Source of the DNA: Psammoneis japonica
Taxonomy: Eukaryota
Reading direction: 5' to 3'
Length of the DNA: 64,000 nt
Assembly (NCBI GenBank): GCA_008632985.1
Contig: QPGO01000084.1
Location: 186,001 to 250,000 of the forward strand
In this document: one piece after another, positions 63,241-64,000 of the stretch
How positions within the stretch are numbered: the first letter of the stretch is position 1
Layout: every line of letters starts with the position of its first letter
The notes under the pieces: generated by a model
Database searches by the model: none
What the model was told of the DNA's origin: nothing
The model's input: the letters and a program-made list of their open reading frames with translations, nothing else
Translations under genes and position numbers: made by a program

Positions 63241-64000
63241 TTAGGATAACAGCAAACTCATGAGACAAAGTCAGAAAGAACAATGATGGGGTTCTTACGG
63301 ACGACCTTACCATCACTGGCGTTGAAACACCGGCAGCAATGTAACAAGCAAAAACGTATAATTCGTGCAACTTGCGTCCACCCGATGTGCAGTAGCTATC
63401 CCCCTTGACCCCACGGCCACGACACATCCAGGTACTTTTTGAAATCCTGCGCGCTCAAAGCACACCAGTCTTTCTTGACAATGCGAATTCGATGCTCAAT
63501 GCCCAATACATTGCCCGTCTATGACGCACCTCCTGACAACTGATTGCTAGAGGGCCCTACTGACTCCAGTCTTGGAACATGTTCGCAGTCTCGTTTGCGG
63601 TCACAATCACCTTGACAACGACCGAGCCGAGCATCGGTTTCAAAGATATTGATTGCAATAAGTGCTATCTCCTTTATCTCCGTGTTGGTTTGTGTAGCAG
63701 GGGAATATCTGACGGTGATAGAGAGGGCTCTAGAGTTGAAGAATGCGAGGTTGAAACAGTTGCGCTTGTTGGGTTAGTTCCATTGGCGGCGCCAGAGCCA
63801 GTGTCGATAGATAAAAGCAATAGTCCTTGTTCTTCTTCCCAGAGCCAAGCAACCTGGAACTGTACAAAGAAACGACATGAGACGAATGTTATAATACAAA
63901 GCATTCGTTGAGCAAAGAAACTGTACACGTTCCACGAATCCGCCTCGTTTGAAACAGCGTAACCCGGGCTCACAGTGTCGGTTGCTATCGCAATCGCCTG

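Overview
Eukaryotic nuclear DNA, most likely a pennate diatom. That assignment is an inference from a CoDi-like Ty1/copia element, METH, DUF4116 and RNI-LRR gene styles and short GT-AG introns. The window is a transposon- and pseudogene-dense 'graveyard'. It holds a full-length copia element (45998-53239, 234-bp LTRs, AAAGG TSD), a Mariner-family transposon (24435-27201), and decayed Plavaka-like, Crypton-like (tyrosine recombinase) and Academ-like (DUF6589-like + RecQ) elements. It also holds broken copies of METH, RPA1, a YAK1/DYRK kinase, uS17, Ariadne, GT32, DUF4116 and an IQ-repeat protein, plus two apparently intact 2OG-Fe(II) oxygenase genes (AlkB-like, JmjC). The standout signal is a localized hypermutation that converts TpA to TpG or CpA on both strands, the reverse direction of fungal RIP. 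All 10 TpA sites of the 5' LTR are TG or CA in the 3' LTR, with no transversions or indels. Conserved Tyr codons of the copia polyprotein read Cys or His (including YVDD->HVDD), and two multi-kb TE-rich domains (1-4808, ~30380-37325) are nearly TpA-free. Host pseudogenes, the Mariner and an intragenic 525-bp tandem array are spared. All counts and protein family calls are by eye, without database searches.
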